From NCBI GenBank assembly GCA_051362555.1, contig CM120648.1:473721-537720 (forward strand): a DNA stretch of 64,000 bases, given 5' to 3'. How positions within the stretch are numbered: position 1 is the stretch's first letter; every line of letters starts with the position of its first letter. The DNA comes from Lingula anatina. Lineage: Eukaryota > Animalia > Brachiopoda. Below, piece after piece: positions 1 through 14,800 of the stretch. Below the pieces are notes generated by a model, which was not told where the DNA came from, did not search any database, and saw only the letters and a list, made by a program, of their open reading frames with translations. The translations under genes and the position numbers were made by a program.

Positions 1-1230
1 CAGAGCCCACTATTTTAGAGTATGGTGTCCCTCAGGGGTCTGTGCTAGGTCCATTGCTCTTTTCATTGTATATGCTACCAGTAGAAGACATTATAGTTAA
101 ACATGGTCTCAACACTGTCATTTTTGCTGATGACACTCAAATTTATGTCACAAGTGAAAGTAATCGCTCCATGGCTATCACCTCAATAGAAACTTGTCTA
201 GTTGAGATCCGAAATTGGATGAAAACAAACATGCTAGCACTAAATGATGGAAAAACTGAACTAATATGGTTTACATCAAGGTCTAAGTCAGACAGGGGAA
301 ATGCAATGAAATCTGATATTTGTATCGGTGGTGTCAACATCAATCCATCTAGCTATGTGAAAGATTTAGGTGTCACCTTTGATCAGTATGCAACTATGGA
401 TAGACGGATCTCTGAAATTTGCAAATCGGCATCATACTCACTTTGGCGAATTAGTAAGATACGTGACTTACTGGACAAAACTTCAACTGAAAAACTAGTC
501 CATGCTTTCATTACTTCTAAGCTTGATTATTGCAACAGTCTCTTATATGGTTTAGGCAAAAATCATCTGAACAAACTTCAATTAATTCAAAATTCTGCAG
601 CTAGGCTGGTAACTAAAATGGGATGGAATAGCCGAGAGCATATAACACCTGTTTTGATGGAACTTCACTGGCTTCCAGTAAGAGAGAGAATTTTATTTAA
701 AATTTTATGTGTCATTTTTAAAGCAGTCTCTGAGAATAAACCACTTTATATCTCAGAACTTATGAAGCAACATCAGCATGGAAGAGTTACCAGGTCTTCA
801 ACTTTTAGTCTTTTACTTTTAGAACACAGTGTCTTAGAGAAAAAAGCTGGTAAATTTTATGGTGAAAGGGCATTTATGATATATGCACCCAAAGTTTGGA
901 ACACTTTACCCTCTGAAATACGAGCAGCAGGTGACATAGATACTTTTAAAAAGCTTTTGAAAACTCATATTTTTAGAATAGCCTATCAGTAGCTATCATA
1001 TAGTTAATTTTAGTTTTTAATAAGGTGTACTGTAATTTTATGATTAATTTTAAATGTTGTCACTTTAGGTTCTTATCATTTTAGAATATGAATAATTGGT
1101 TCTTTAAATTAGTTCTTAGTCCTTTAAAATTGTAATGTGTTCTTATATTAGTATTGTGTTATTTAGCTCTTTTAAGTGAATGTTGTAAGGCGCATTGAGA
1201 TTTTTAATGGAATGCGCCATAGAAAAATAA

Positions 1231-1262
<32 letters not shown>
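1..1262 (+). mobile_element. Non-LTR retrotransposon (L2/CR1-type LINE): RT C-terminal half, 3' UTR and (ATT)n tail; runs off the left edge
   Basis: Frame open from base 3 to 992 with GVPQGSVLGP, FADD, KTE, KDLGV, SKLDYCNSL, LHWLPV and terminal LKTHIF motifs; followed by an AT-rich UTR and (ATT)n at ~1230-1262. Lies antisense in an intron of the EGF gene. Confidence 0.92.
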
Positions 1263-1264
<2 letters not shown>

Positions 1265-1742
1265 TAGACCAATAATAACAAGAGGCAAACACTCGGGTGC
1301 AACATCCACGTGATCAAGGACTACAAATGGTGAATGGAAACGTAGTGTACAGTGTATGGCTCTGAGTCCCAAAGTCAAGTATAACTCTGTTTTATAAATT
1401 ATGCTGTTGAAAATTTTCGTCAGCTACACGTGTGTAATTTCCACAGAAATGTAAATTGCTTTGCCAATGCCTAGAGGAATTAACGGATATTTATACGATC
1501 AACATTTTGTGGCTTTGGATACAGTTTAGCGATTAAGGGGAATGCAGAAATTACTCGTACAAAAAAAAGATAAAAAAAAAACATTGGCAAAACTTTGCAG
1601 CATGAAACCACATCTACCACAAGGCCCTTCATTTACTTTGGCCATTTGTTCATTGTAATTCCAGGCTGCTAGAAACATGCCATACTCACCACGTTTATAG
1701 TAAAGACTTGAAAAGTGCCAATTCTTTCTTTCACATATTTAC

Positions 1743-4721
1743 CATTCTCACAGTTGGTCCCTGTTATTCCTGGCGGACAGATACACAGATAGCCGTTGAC
1801 CTGATCTACGCATGCGCCATCGTGACAAGGAGAGGATGCACATTCGTCCACGTCTTTTGTGAAAATGAAATTTATAATAAATTGTATGATATAAGATATG
1901 TAAGTTCATACCGCACTATCTTTCATTTATATAATTAGACGTACCTCAGTATCATTCATGTGATACATGAATATTCATTATTGTTATCTTCTTTTTCTTC
2001 TTCTTCTTCTTCTTCTTCTTATTATTATTATAAAATAGGTACGATAATTCACAGGATATCATTTGTTTCTGCATTTCGTGTATAATCGTAAACTTCGTAG
2101 TAAAGCAACCAGATTTCTTTGCTACAACATCATACTCGTAAGATATCCACTAAAATACATGTGGCTTAATTAATTAAGTTGTTAAAGTACACCGTAAATG
2201 GCAGGCGCTTTAGCAAGGTTCTATTGAATGTTTGAATGCTATAAAATAAGAGATACATATACTAACGCCTACCATCATAGCAGCCCGTGGATAGGGTATC
2301 TAGCTCCCCCCCTTTTCAACCACATCAGGACATGCGAAGTAATCGGAGGAGGGGGTGGTGTAAAGGGGGAAACCCACTCCGACTTTTTTCTAAATGGTAA
2401 CCCCACCCCTCCTTCATAAAATCTGACTCCGTTGATTTCAAACTGTGTCTAAATGTTCAAGTCTCACTTACCTTGTTCACAGTTTACCCCCGTGAAGCCA
2501 GGTGTACAGAGGCACCTGTACCGTCCTATCTCCTCTACACATGTTCCACTGTTCTGGCAGGGAGCAGAACTGCACTCCTCGATCTCTGAGGAGGAGAAAG
2601 AACATTAGTTGTGCAGTCATTTACTGTGGGGATACAGAATGGTTTAAGTCCAACTAATGAAAATCACCATTGGTTAAGACGCACACGTAATTAAATGGCA
2701 GAGCGAGATGCAATGTTCGGTGGAACACCGTCAAAGTGTCACATCTACCGGTATATTGTACGTCACTCGGCACCTGACTAATATCGCGTCACACACCAGT
2801 ACTACTCTCTGACCTCAGAGTCTGCTAGGAGTCTGTCACAGAATTACTGTACAGTATATCTTTAAGTAGTGTATACTAATTTTGAGGCCCCTGACATCAG
2901 AGAGTACACTACTGCCAGTAATTGAAACGAGTGATAAGGGGGCACGGCATCGTTCCAAATTCAGCACTTCTCAACCAAACAGTTCGGTTCAGTTTTCACA
3001 GTCATGTGAAAGATGTAAGGCAGTAAATGGGGGTGTCGTGCTCGTGTATATTGTCCTTATATATATATTACAGTTGTGATCTCTACTTGTGTCATGTTAA
3101 ACTGGCCCATCTATGAATCAAACTCTCACCTGTTTCACAATTATTTCCCGTGTAGCCGGGAACGCAGTCGCACTCGTAACCATCACGTAGATCGTTGCAC
3201 CTTACAGCGTAGACGCATGGGTTGGACGCACATTCGTCTATTTCTGAAAGGAGACGAAGGCAGTTTGTGCATATTTGACTTTCAATCTTGGTTCTTTGTT
3301 TGCTAGCATCATCGGTTAATGCTTATTAAAGAGGGTCGAAAATGCTTTATGGAGGATATTCCAAAGATGGATTTAGGAGAGAAAGAGAGAGAGAGAGGGA
3401 GAGAGAGAGATGAGCCTACCTTGTTCGCAGTCTTTCCCCGTGTAGCCGTCTACACAAGAGCAGCTATAGCCGTTGACTAAGTCTGTGCAAGTTGCCTCGT
3501 TTTGACACGGGGAAGTGGCGCATTCGTCAATATCTGGAATCACAGGCGGTAAACCAAATGAGAAAATAAAACACGTGTCAGTGATTGATTGAATCATGAT
3601 CGGTTTCTTACCATGAAGATAAAGAAAAATAAAGGTCTAATATCTGGTGGGGCTGAAATATTTTAATAACACAATTTTGAACTTTTTAGGCACCACGTGG
3701 CATGTATGTTTTATATAAAAAGTACCTTTTAAGAATCTTGCTAAATGGATGTAGCTAGGGACCGTTTAACAATCGCACGTGACAATCTTGTAGGCAAATA
3801 GGAAGTCGAAGTAACATTGTCAACTATATCTATTATATCATTAAGCAGGCCAAATCAATCTCAAATATTTCAGTCGTTTTGAGAGACCTCACCCCCTCAT
3901 CCAACCGTCATACCTTCACCACAGTAGCGTCCAGTATACCCAGGCGGACAGATACAGCGATATCCGTCCACGTCATCAGTGCACGTGGCGCCATTAAGAC
4001 AAAGATTGTCTTCACAGACTTCAAAAACTGAAAATATGGGAACCATAAACTTCACATATATGTATCAACACAGTGACAAAATCCAGCGCACACGGCGAGT
4101 TGCTGAGCTGCTACTCTTGTGAAGTAACTGAGCTTGTGTGCTGCACGTGAGGGGTTACACGAGACCTGGATCAAATCTGGTAAAACCGGATACCTAGCTT
4201 GCTACATATCAAATATACCAGACTGCAGTATTATGGATATTTTAAGATGCATCTTTTAAGAAATGACTTTGATATCTAAAATTCTCTGTGCGTCAAAATG
4301 AAAACAAACGGTGCATGTAATAACCTGCAATAACACTCAATGTTTAAAAAATTCAAAAGAGTATATAGGCCTACTGGTTTAATTCCCGAAGCAATAAGAT
4401 TTCAGTAAATGGTACCAATTACCTATTTCGCAATATCTCCCCGTGTAACCTGGTAGACATTCACAGGCAAAGGTTCCGACCAGATCCGTGCATCTGACGG
4501 CGTGAACACAGGGATTTGGAGAGCAATCATTGATATCTGCAACAGCACATAGCACATTGTTATTGAATATTGTTAGTATGCAGGATAAGTTCTACAGCAG
4601 CATGTCCAGTTACCGTTCATTGTATATTCCATCATCTGTCAATACAATGCAAAAGAAGCGCAGATTATAAACTAACGCGGGCGTCCTTCTTTTGGCAGAC
4701 ACCTGAACATATTTTATATTT

Positions 4722-4756
<35 letters not shown>

Positions 4757-5855
4757 TTTTGACGCCAAGACCGATGCTTGGAAGGACATGTAATAGATAA
4801 TTTTTCCACTGACCTATTTCACAGTTTATTCCCTCATAGCCCCGTACACACTGACAAGTAAAGTACCCAATGTGATCACTGCACGTGCCACCATTCTGGC
4901 ACGGGTTGGACAGGCATTCGTTTGTTTCTTAACAAAGAAAAATAAAGGAACGCATTTGAAATGACAAGTCTGCACCAAATATCACAATTATGCCATCTAA
5001 AATCAGAACTTTCGCATTTCAGTTAAGTACAGGTATTATATATGTTGGTCTGTAGTTCGCTTAAGACGGTACAAAACACTCGCGTCAATCGAAATTCATC
5101 GATTGTCTAGAGAACGTGTTTACGTGTAAAGGTGTGTTATTCTTCTGATGACATAGTCATGCGACCCTTCGAAGCGGCTTCATGTGGATTTTAGCGAAAA
5201 GAAATCAATAGATTAATACATCTATCACGTTAAGCGCGACCAGCGAAGCAAAAGTTTCATTGTTATCCAACAGGTGCTCAAAATTGGGATTTCAGAGGGA
5301 TATGAAAGCCTGTGTGTGTGTGTGTGCGTGCGTGCGTGCCTGTGGGTGTGAGTGTGTGCGTGTGTAAGTGCATGTGTACGTGTGGGTGTGAGCGTGCATG
5401 TGTGTTCTGCGCAAAAGGGCCCGGCTTTTGACTTAAAAGACATACCCACATCCTGTAATAAAAAGGGTTTATATTTACTCTGGTTTGTAACATGTCTATA
5501 TTCCATCACCACACCACATACTCACCGATTTCGCAATGAGGTCCTTCGTAACCGCGTGGGCACCTGCATTCATATTCATCCCCGATTGCAACACACTCTC
5601 CGCCATACTTACACATTGGTACGCGACACGGGTGTATATCTAACATTGGACAAGAAGCAAAGTGCAACTAAAGCATTTAGAAATACAATATGTGTGTATG
5701 TAAAGATGGCAAAATACTACTACTTCAACAACAACGACAACAACTATTACTACTATAACTACTGCAAATTATTACTACTACTACTACATATACTACTACT
5801 ACTACTACTACTACTACTACATATTACTACTACTGCTACTACTACTACTACATAT

Positions 5856-5891
<36 letters not shown>

Positions 5892-8800
5892 AACAATATA
5901 TGATTCCTCCTCACCCATCTCACAGTTGACACCCACGTATCTCGGAGGACAGACACAGGTGTAACTGTTCTTCCCGTCATAACAGCTGCCTCCATGTTGA
6001 CACGGCTCTGACAAACACTCGTCCACATCTGGAAAATGTGTAAAGAAGGTCTAAGCTAGCTTTTCACCCACTGTCCTTGGCGAACTACATGTATTAAGAT
6101 ATTCGGCTAGCATTTACAAAAAGTCCAGTGGGACTATAAAACGCTGTGGAACTAATGGAGTCCAACAGGACTTCTATCGGGCGTCCTATCTATTTTCTAC
6201 AAGACGTCCAAAAATTGACTGTAGATTCCTCTTTATAATACGCTTTACAATAAAGGTCTACTGTTGTAGGCTAACTTAAAGAAATGACTGCCGATTGACG
6301 TACGATTACATTTCTTCTTAATTCATGTAGGGTTTCAATTAACTATTGCAGTCCAACGCAGAGCTGTATAGAGATGGGGTTAAAGTCAGGTTTTGAATTA
6401 GTGCTATTACATAAATGCCAATGCAGGTAGTACGCACCTGAATGCAGTGACCTTCAGCACGTGATGACCTTACTGAGGTCAAACTATATTTAGGCCATTG
6501 TGTATTACAAACATCGTGTGTTTATGCTGGTAGCAAGGGAGGTCAAATTAGTCCAGTTTTAATTTTTATTGTTTAAAATACCAAATCCTTTTCTCTCAAC
6601 TCCACTGAACATTTCAATCAAATTACATCTTTTTTAAGTTGTTGAAAAATACCAAAATAACGTCTAAAAACTCCCAGACGGCCTTTGTCACGTGACCCTT
6701 TTTTGTTGTTGTTGACTCTGTCTGAATCAGTGACAGAGTAAACAGGTAATACCCGAAAAACAGAGCTAGATCTTCATCTCAAAGACTCTGTTTTCAAGAT
6801 TTATTGCTTGAATATATAACCTTACATATTCACAGAGGGAGTTCAGCTTTAAATCCGAAAAAAGTTGTTCAAAAGAAAAGAAGAAGTAAGCTGTTCGACA
6901 CACGCCTATTCGTAAATTGTCAATCTCCGGTAAGTCCACTTCTCGGATAACAAATGTATGTTTATGTTAAATTACACATTACACGGATTAAATATACTAA
7001 GAAAAAGAATAAAACGTGTTGTTTGTGGCACATTTTTATACATATTTGATGTCCAAAACGCACTTCTCTTTTTTATTTTTTCACTTTCGCAAACACTGCG
7101 CCCTGTTGCCACAGCGCTCTGACAAACAACTTTAATGTCAAGGTCACATCTTTGTATTGCAGCGTTCGTATAATAATGCATTATTTACTCAGCGTGTGGT
7201 GACACAAAGCAACAGCGTACTCTTTCTTTAGTAATTCTTGTAAGAAAAAGCTTTCACTTAGACCAAAACACCACGAATGTGACAATAGTCTTATTCAACG
7301 TAGCCCTTTAGAATTCAACAACATAAGGTACTTTTTTCTTTATCCAAATTCATCGTACAAGTGAGCTACAAATTAATATATCTATTAAAATAACGAGGTT
7401 TAGTTTATCGGTAGGACATAATGGCATACCATGGGATACACGTATGTTGTGCTTGGCTTGCATACATGCAGCACGAATAAAATGTAATAGTGATGGTATT
7501 ATCTAAATAAAAGCATTTGCATTATTCTGAAAACGAAACATGATCAATAGACTGGGTTCCCATACCTAGATCGATCTAACAGGATCGATCCATCTCCGAG
7601 GGGTTCCTCGCTTAATTGCTGGTTGCTTAAGCGGCCTAGATATCTGGCACGCCCACTGAAGCTGCAAGCTGCTAAACGATAATTAACACCCCCTATATCG
7701 ACGTACAGTTAGTACTATAGGGTCTGGGAATGGTCCCATAGTACATGTACGTGTTCTTGCCTATGAAATATTACATACTCTTATCACTTTAGTGTTGAAT
7801 AATTTTATGTTGGCCAAATTAAGTCGCACGTTGCCAGTTGTTATGTAGAATAGTAGTAGGACTGGTATTGTCTCCCCTTTCACTGATGTAAATTAGTTAT
7901 GTTTTATCCTGAATAAAAGGCTGATGCATTGTACAGTGATATTAATCTTCTGTCTTCAAAGTATAATCTAAATTTTTAATAGGCCACAGAAAAGTTTATC
8001 TTTGTAGAGCTGCATTTTAGAATACTTTTTGCAACTGAAACGCATTTTGCGACCATGATTTTTTTTAATCGCTGATACGTTTTGAAGTACTATAAAGATA
8101 GATTTGGAATGAGAACGGGGTTGCCCAGGCTGGCTACAAGTGATTCTGGTCAGGCTGCCCCTGGGGCGGACGATTATATATCTAATTTATTTCACATTGT
8201 AATTTCCTGAACCCTCGAGTGGTTGGGGTGGTTGATTCTTTATTTTTCTACACAGCAGTTTCTGCTATCTAGTCTTAAATCAGAAGTTTTAGGAACTTGA
8301 GACGTCGGGGGTTGATCAAATTGATAAACCTATCACTTTACTTTACCAAATAACCATGAGAAAAACGAAAATATTCTGATGAACCTTATAAACCATCATC
8401 ACATTTTATTTTGCAGATCTCAAAAATGGCTAGTTTGGATACTCCACAAAAGAAGAAGGCAAACCATTCCTGCATGCAACTGTTACTAAGTCGTGCAGAC
8501 GACGTACTTCGAGATGTTCTCAATACTCAGTTACAATCACGATATCCAGGGCTCTATGGACCATCAAGTAATGGAGTGATATCTGATGTCTTAAATGACA
8601 AAACTGTGAAACATACCTTGCTCACTCTGAAGTCAAAGGGAGTGAAGAGAAAGAGGATTTTGGACCAAGGTCAAATGGATATTCTCTATCCTCCTGTTAT
8701 TCTCTATCCTCCTGCGAGCCCCGCCCCTCCTGTGACATTGCGAAACTTAGATATTACCCTGATCTTAGTCTTATTAAGAAATATCACAAACTTAAATCCT

Positions 8801-11800
8801 CATGCAAGTTGGAACAATCCTCCGGCCGAAGACACATCGACAGAGGCCAACATCGCCAGGGTAAAGGGGTACCGCACTAAGCACGCTCATGGGACAGAGG
8901 GTCTCTCAGATGCAGACTTCCATAGCCAGTTCACTGATCTGAAAGCTATTCTGCTGTCTCTGTCGACATTGTATACTAATGATGACTATGACAAACTGCT
9001 GATTCAGCCCCTCGATGCCTCAGGTAGGTTTTGGCACAATTACTTAATACCTTTTCCACACCTGTACAACCAGACAGAATAAAAAACACAAATGCACTTG
9101 TTTGTGACACACACACACACACACACTCACACACAGAGAGATGCACACGAGCGCGCGCATGCGCTCACACACATTACAATCAGGCAGTATATTTTCACTT
9201 TTAGTACCGTTAGATTTAGTGGTTCCAAATTATTTATTTATTTATTTATTCATTTTTACTTAAACAATGGATTTTCATTTTAATTAGTGACCAGAAACTA
9301 TATGTCCTTCTTAACCCACACAATGATTTATCTCTCAGAGCAGTATCTCGATTAACAGAATTAACAAAAAAGGTCCATCTCTTCAACTTGTATATATTGT
9401 AAGTATCATAGTCAAGTGTCATATTGAACTACTTATTGGTATATTATTATTATTCTTTCCTGTACTATGTAAACAGGTGAATTTGAAGTAGCATAGATAG
9501 CCAACGATATTAACATCTAACATTATCGGCTGAAATTAATTTTATTATTATTATTAATTTCATTAAAAAAGGCACAGCATGTTTCCCCTTTGGTTACCAT
9601 GGTTTTTAAATGTTTTCAAACGAATACGACGCAGAGTGCAATTTAAACGTCATATTAAAACGTAATTGAAATTTGTTCTTTCAGAACCCCCTTGTCAGTT
9701 GCTCTCCACGAAGTTACCCAGAACAAACACCGAGTTGAAGGGACGTGATGACATCATTACCACGATACAGCAACATATCAGAGATAAAGTTCCACTCATT
9801 CTCCTGACCGGGATGGGGGGTATTGGTAAGACCAGCATAGCAATTAAGGTCGGACAAAACTTTGAAAATGTGCTATACATTGATATGAGGCACGTTACAG
9901 ATCTTAACTCTGTCAGAGTTTCACTTGTCCAACACTATCACCCAACACACCCTTTGAAAGATTTATACCCATATTATAAAAGCATTTTCAAACAGACATT
10001 GTCTTGTTTGACTACAGATACACTCCTCATCCTCGATAATAACGACCATGTTCTAAGTTCAAACAGGGAGGAGTTTTGTGATTTTTTAAAGGATGTAACT
10101 GATTCAACGAATCATATCACTTTGTTATGTACCAGTCGTGAAAGATTTGATTCCAAAACACACAACAAAGTTGTGGTAGACATTGCCCCACTCGATAAAA
10201 CCTCATCACGTGAAGTCTTATGGGAAAGAAAACCAAGCAGCCCTTCGGACAGTGAGTCAAAGGCTTTAGTCGAATTGGCTAACATGTGTAACCATAACCC
10301 TCTAGCTTTAAAATTGCTAGCAGCACTACTTGATGAAAAAAACACCGAAGAGGTATTACAAAAAATGAAAATGCAAAAGATGCTACCCACTTTTGCCATT
10401 CCCAGCGTGCCAACGGAAATCACAGCCTGCGTTGATATATCTTGTGAAATGTTAGAACCGGAGGCAAAAAAGGTGTTTCATGCACTGCGTGTATTTCCCG
10501 TTGCTTTTTACCTCAAAGAAGTCTCTGATATTTTTGGGTTAAAACAAAATGATTGTGAACATATTCTAGACAGTCTTGCCAAAAAATCCCTCATCAGTGT
10601 AGATAATGGCATCTATGACATCCACCCTTTACTTAGGGAATATACAGAATACAATGCCCAGAAATACAGCAATTATATTTGTGGAATCCAAGATGCCTAC
10701 TGCAGTTATTATATAAAAGCATTCAAATTGGTAGAATTCAAAAGTGTTGGTGCTTCAAAGTCAAGTCTCCCATCGCTGATGTTACCGCATATAAAACACA
10801 CTGCTGATTTACTTATCAATCAATTAGAATCCCAAGAAGTGTCTAAAAAACGGGAAAGTGTAGACATATTAGCTTTGATTGCAAACACATTCTGTCACAT
10901 TTATATCTGTAATGATGCTCTACATATTTTAAAATTAGTGGCGCATGAACAGGAGGCACTGTTAGGACACAAACATCCCGACACTGCCACCACATACAGC
11001 GATATTGGTAATGTTCTTCAGGCCATGGGTGAGTATGAAAAGGCAGTTGATTATCACAATAAATGTCTTGCGACGAGGGAAGAGATACTTGGTCCTAAGC
11101 ACCCTGAAACCGCCAATACATACAGCAATATTGGTAGTGTGCTTGGGAAAATGTGTAAGTATCAAAAGTCGCGGGATTATCACAATAAATGCCTTGCGGT
11201 GAGAGAGGAGATGCTTGGTCCTAAACACACTGATACTGCCACCTCCTACGGTAATATTGGTAGTGTACTGAAGGACATGGGTGAGTATAAAGAGGCTCGT
11301 GATTATTACAATAAATGTCTTGCGGTGAGAGAGGAGATGCTTGGTCCTAAACACCCTGATACTGCCAGAGCCTACGACAATATTGGTAGTGTGCTGCAGG
11401 ACATGGGTGAGTATAATGAGGCACTTAATTATTTTAATAAATGTCTTGAAGTGAGAAAAGAGTTATTCGGTCCCAAACACCCTGATACTGCCACCACCTA
11501 CAACAACATTGGTAGTGTACTGCGTTGCATGGGTGAGTATAAAGAGGCACTTGATTACAACAACAAATGCCTTGCAGTGAGAGAGAAGATACTTGGCCCC
11601 AAACACCCTGATACTGCCACCACATACGACAATATTGGTAGTCTAGTTCGGGACATGGGTGAGTATAAAGAGGCACTTGGTTATCACAAAAAATCTGTGG
11701 CAGTGAGAGAGGAGACTCTCGGTCCCACGCACCCTGATACAGCCACCTCCTACAGCAACATCGGTTTTGTGCTTAATGACATTGGTGAGTATAAAGAGGC

Positions 11801-14800
11801 ACTTGATTATCACAATAAATGCATTGCAGTGAGAAATGAGATACTCGGTCCCAAACACCCTGATACTGCCACCTCCTACAACAATATTGGTAGTGTACTG
11901 CAGGACATGGGTGAGTATAAAAAGGCACTTGATTATTACTATAAATGTCTTGAAGTGAGAGAGGAGATGCTTGGTCCCAAACACCCTGATACTGCCACCT
12001 CCTACAACAATATTGGTAGTGTGCTGCAGGACAAGGGTGAGTATAAAAAGGCACGTGATTATTACTATAAATGTCTTGCAGTGAAGGAGGAAATGCTCGG
12101 TCCCAAACACCCTGATACTGCCACCTCCTACGAAAATATTGGTAGTGTACTGCAGGACATGGGTGAGTATAAAAAGGCACTTGATTATTGCAATAAATGT
12201 CTTGCAGTGAGAGAAGAGACACTCGGTCCCAAACACCGTGATACTGCCACCTCCTACAGCAGAATTGGTAGTGTACTGCGGAACATGGGTGAGTTTAAAA
12301 GGGCACTTGATTATCACAATAAATGTCTTGCAGTGGGAGAGAAGATACTCGGTCCCAAACACCCTGATACTGCCACCTCCTACAACAATATTGGTAGTGT
12401 GCTGCAGGACATGGGTGAGTATAAAAAGGCACTAGATTATTACTATAAATGTCTTGCAGTGAAGGAGGGAATGCTTGGTCCAAAACACCCTGATACTGCC
12501 ATCTCCTACAACAATATTGGTAGTGTACTGCAGGACATGGGTGAGTATAAAAAGGCACTTGATTATTGCAATAAATGTCTTGCAGTGAGAGAAGAGATAC
12601 TTGGCCCCAAACACCCTGATACTGCCACCACATACGACAATATTGGTAGTCTAGTTCGGGACATGGGTGAGTATAAAGAGGCACTTGGTTATCACAAAAA
12701 ATCTGTGGCAGTGAGAGAGGAGACTCTCGGTCCCACGCACCCTGATACAGCCACCTCCTACAGCAACATCGGTTTTGTGCTTAATGACATTGGTGAGTAT
12801 AAAGAGGCACTTGATTATCACAATAAATGCATTGCAGTGAGAAATGAGATACTCGGTCCCAAACACCCTGATACTGCCACCTCCTACAACAATATTGGTA
12901 GTGTACTGCAGGACATGGGTGAGTATAAAAAGGCACTTGATTATTACTATAAATGTCTTGAAGTGAGAGAGGAGATGCTTGGTCCCAAACACCCTGATAC
13001 TGCCACCTCCTACAACAATATTGGTAGTGTGCTGCAGGACATGGGTGAGTATAAAAAGGCACGTGATTATTACTATAAATGTCTTGCAGTGAAGGAGGAA
13101 ATGCTCGGTCCCAAACACCCTGATACTGCCACCTCCTACGAAAATATTGGTAGTGTACTGCAGGACATGGGTGAGTATAAAAAGGCACTTGATTATTGCA
13201 ATAAATGTCTTGCAGTGAGAGAAGAGACACTCGGTCCCAAACACCGTGATACTGCCACCTCCTACAGCAGAATTGGTAGTGTACTGCGGAACATGGGTGA
13301 GTTTAAAAGGGCACTTGATTATCACAATAAATGTCTTGCAGTGGGAGAGAAGATACTCGGTCCCAAACACCCTGATACTGCCACCTCCTACAACAATATT
13401 GGTAGTGTGCTGCAGGACATGGGTGAGTATAAAAAGGCACTAGATTATTACTATAAATGTCTTGCAGTGAAGGAGGGAATGCTTGGTCCAAAACACCCTG
13501 ATACTGCCATCTCCTACAACAATATTGGTAGTGTACTGCAGGACATGGGTGAGTATAAAAAGGCACTTGATTATTGCAATAAATGTCTTGCAGTGAGAGA
13601 AGAGACACTCGGTCCCAAACACCCTGCTACTGCCACCTCCTACAGCAGAATTGGTAGTGTACTGCAGGACATGGGTGAGTATAAAAAGGCACTTGATTAT
13701 TGCAATAAATGTCTTGCAGTGAGAGAAGAGACACTCGGTCCCAAACACCGTGATACTGCTACCTCCTACAGCAATATTGGTAGCGTACTGCAGGCAAAGG
13801 GTGAGTATAAAGAGGCACTTGATAATTACAATAAATGTCTTGCAGTAGAAGAGGAGACACTTGGTCCCAATCATCCTGCTACTGCCAGCTCCTACAACAA
13901 TATTGGTAGAGTACTGCAGGACATGGGTGAGTATAAAAAGGCACTAGATTATTACTATAAATGTCTTGCAGTGAAGGAGGGAATGCTTGGTCCAAAACAC
14001 CCTGATACTGCCATCTCCTACAACAATATTGGTAGTGTACTGCAGGACATGGGTGAGTATAAAAAGGCACTTGATTATTGCAATAAATGTCTTGCAGTGA
14101 GAGAAGAGACACTCGGTCCCAAACACCCTGCTACTGCCACCTCCTACAGCAGAATTGGTAGTGTACTGCAGGACATGGGTGAGTATAAAAAGGCAATTGA
14201 TTATTGCAATAAATGTCTTGCAGTGAGAGAAGAGACACTCGGTCCCAAACACCGTGATACTGCTACCTCCTACAGCAATATTGGTAGCGTACTGCAGGCA
14301 AAGGGTGAGTATAAAGAGGCACTTGATAATTACAATAAATGTCTTGCAGTAGAAGAGGAGACACTTGGACCCAATCATCCTGCTACTGCCAGCTCCTACA
14401 ACAATATTGGTAGAGTACTGCAGGACATGGGTGAGTATAAAAAGGCACGTGATTATTACTATAAATGTCTTGCAGTGAAGGAGGAAATGCTCGGTCCCAA
14501 ACACCCTGCTACTGCCACCTCCTACGAAAATATTGGCAGTGTGCTGCAGGACATGGGTGAGTATAAAGAGGCACTTGATAATTACAATAAATGTCTTGCA
14601 GTGAGAAAAGAGATATTTGGTCCCAATCATCCTGCTACTGCTACCTCCTACAGCAATATTGGTAGCGTACTGCAGGCAAAGGGTGAGTATAAAGAGGCAC
14701 TTGATAATTACAATAAATGTCTTGCAGTAGAAGAGGAGACACTTGGTCCCAAACACCCTGCTACTGCCACCTCCTACAGCAGAATTGGTAGTGTACTGCA

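Noticed and set aside
5225-5903. ORFs rich in HT/CV/Y/L runs (also near 9092, 16121, 20332 and 61469)
   Set aside because: Translations of (CA)n, (TAC)n and (TA)n microsatellites.
7548-7731. Possible degenerate TIR element (tagactgggttcccatacc...ggtctgggaat)
   Set aside because: Inverted match too short and imperfect; no TSD found.
9339-9398. Possible extra exon between the HEPN and NB-ARC exons (ctctcag...gtaagt)
   Set aside because: In the required phase it meets a stop after five codons; the direct 9023-9685 join is already in frame.
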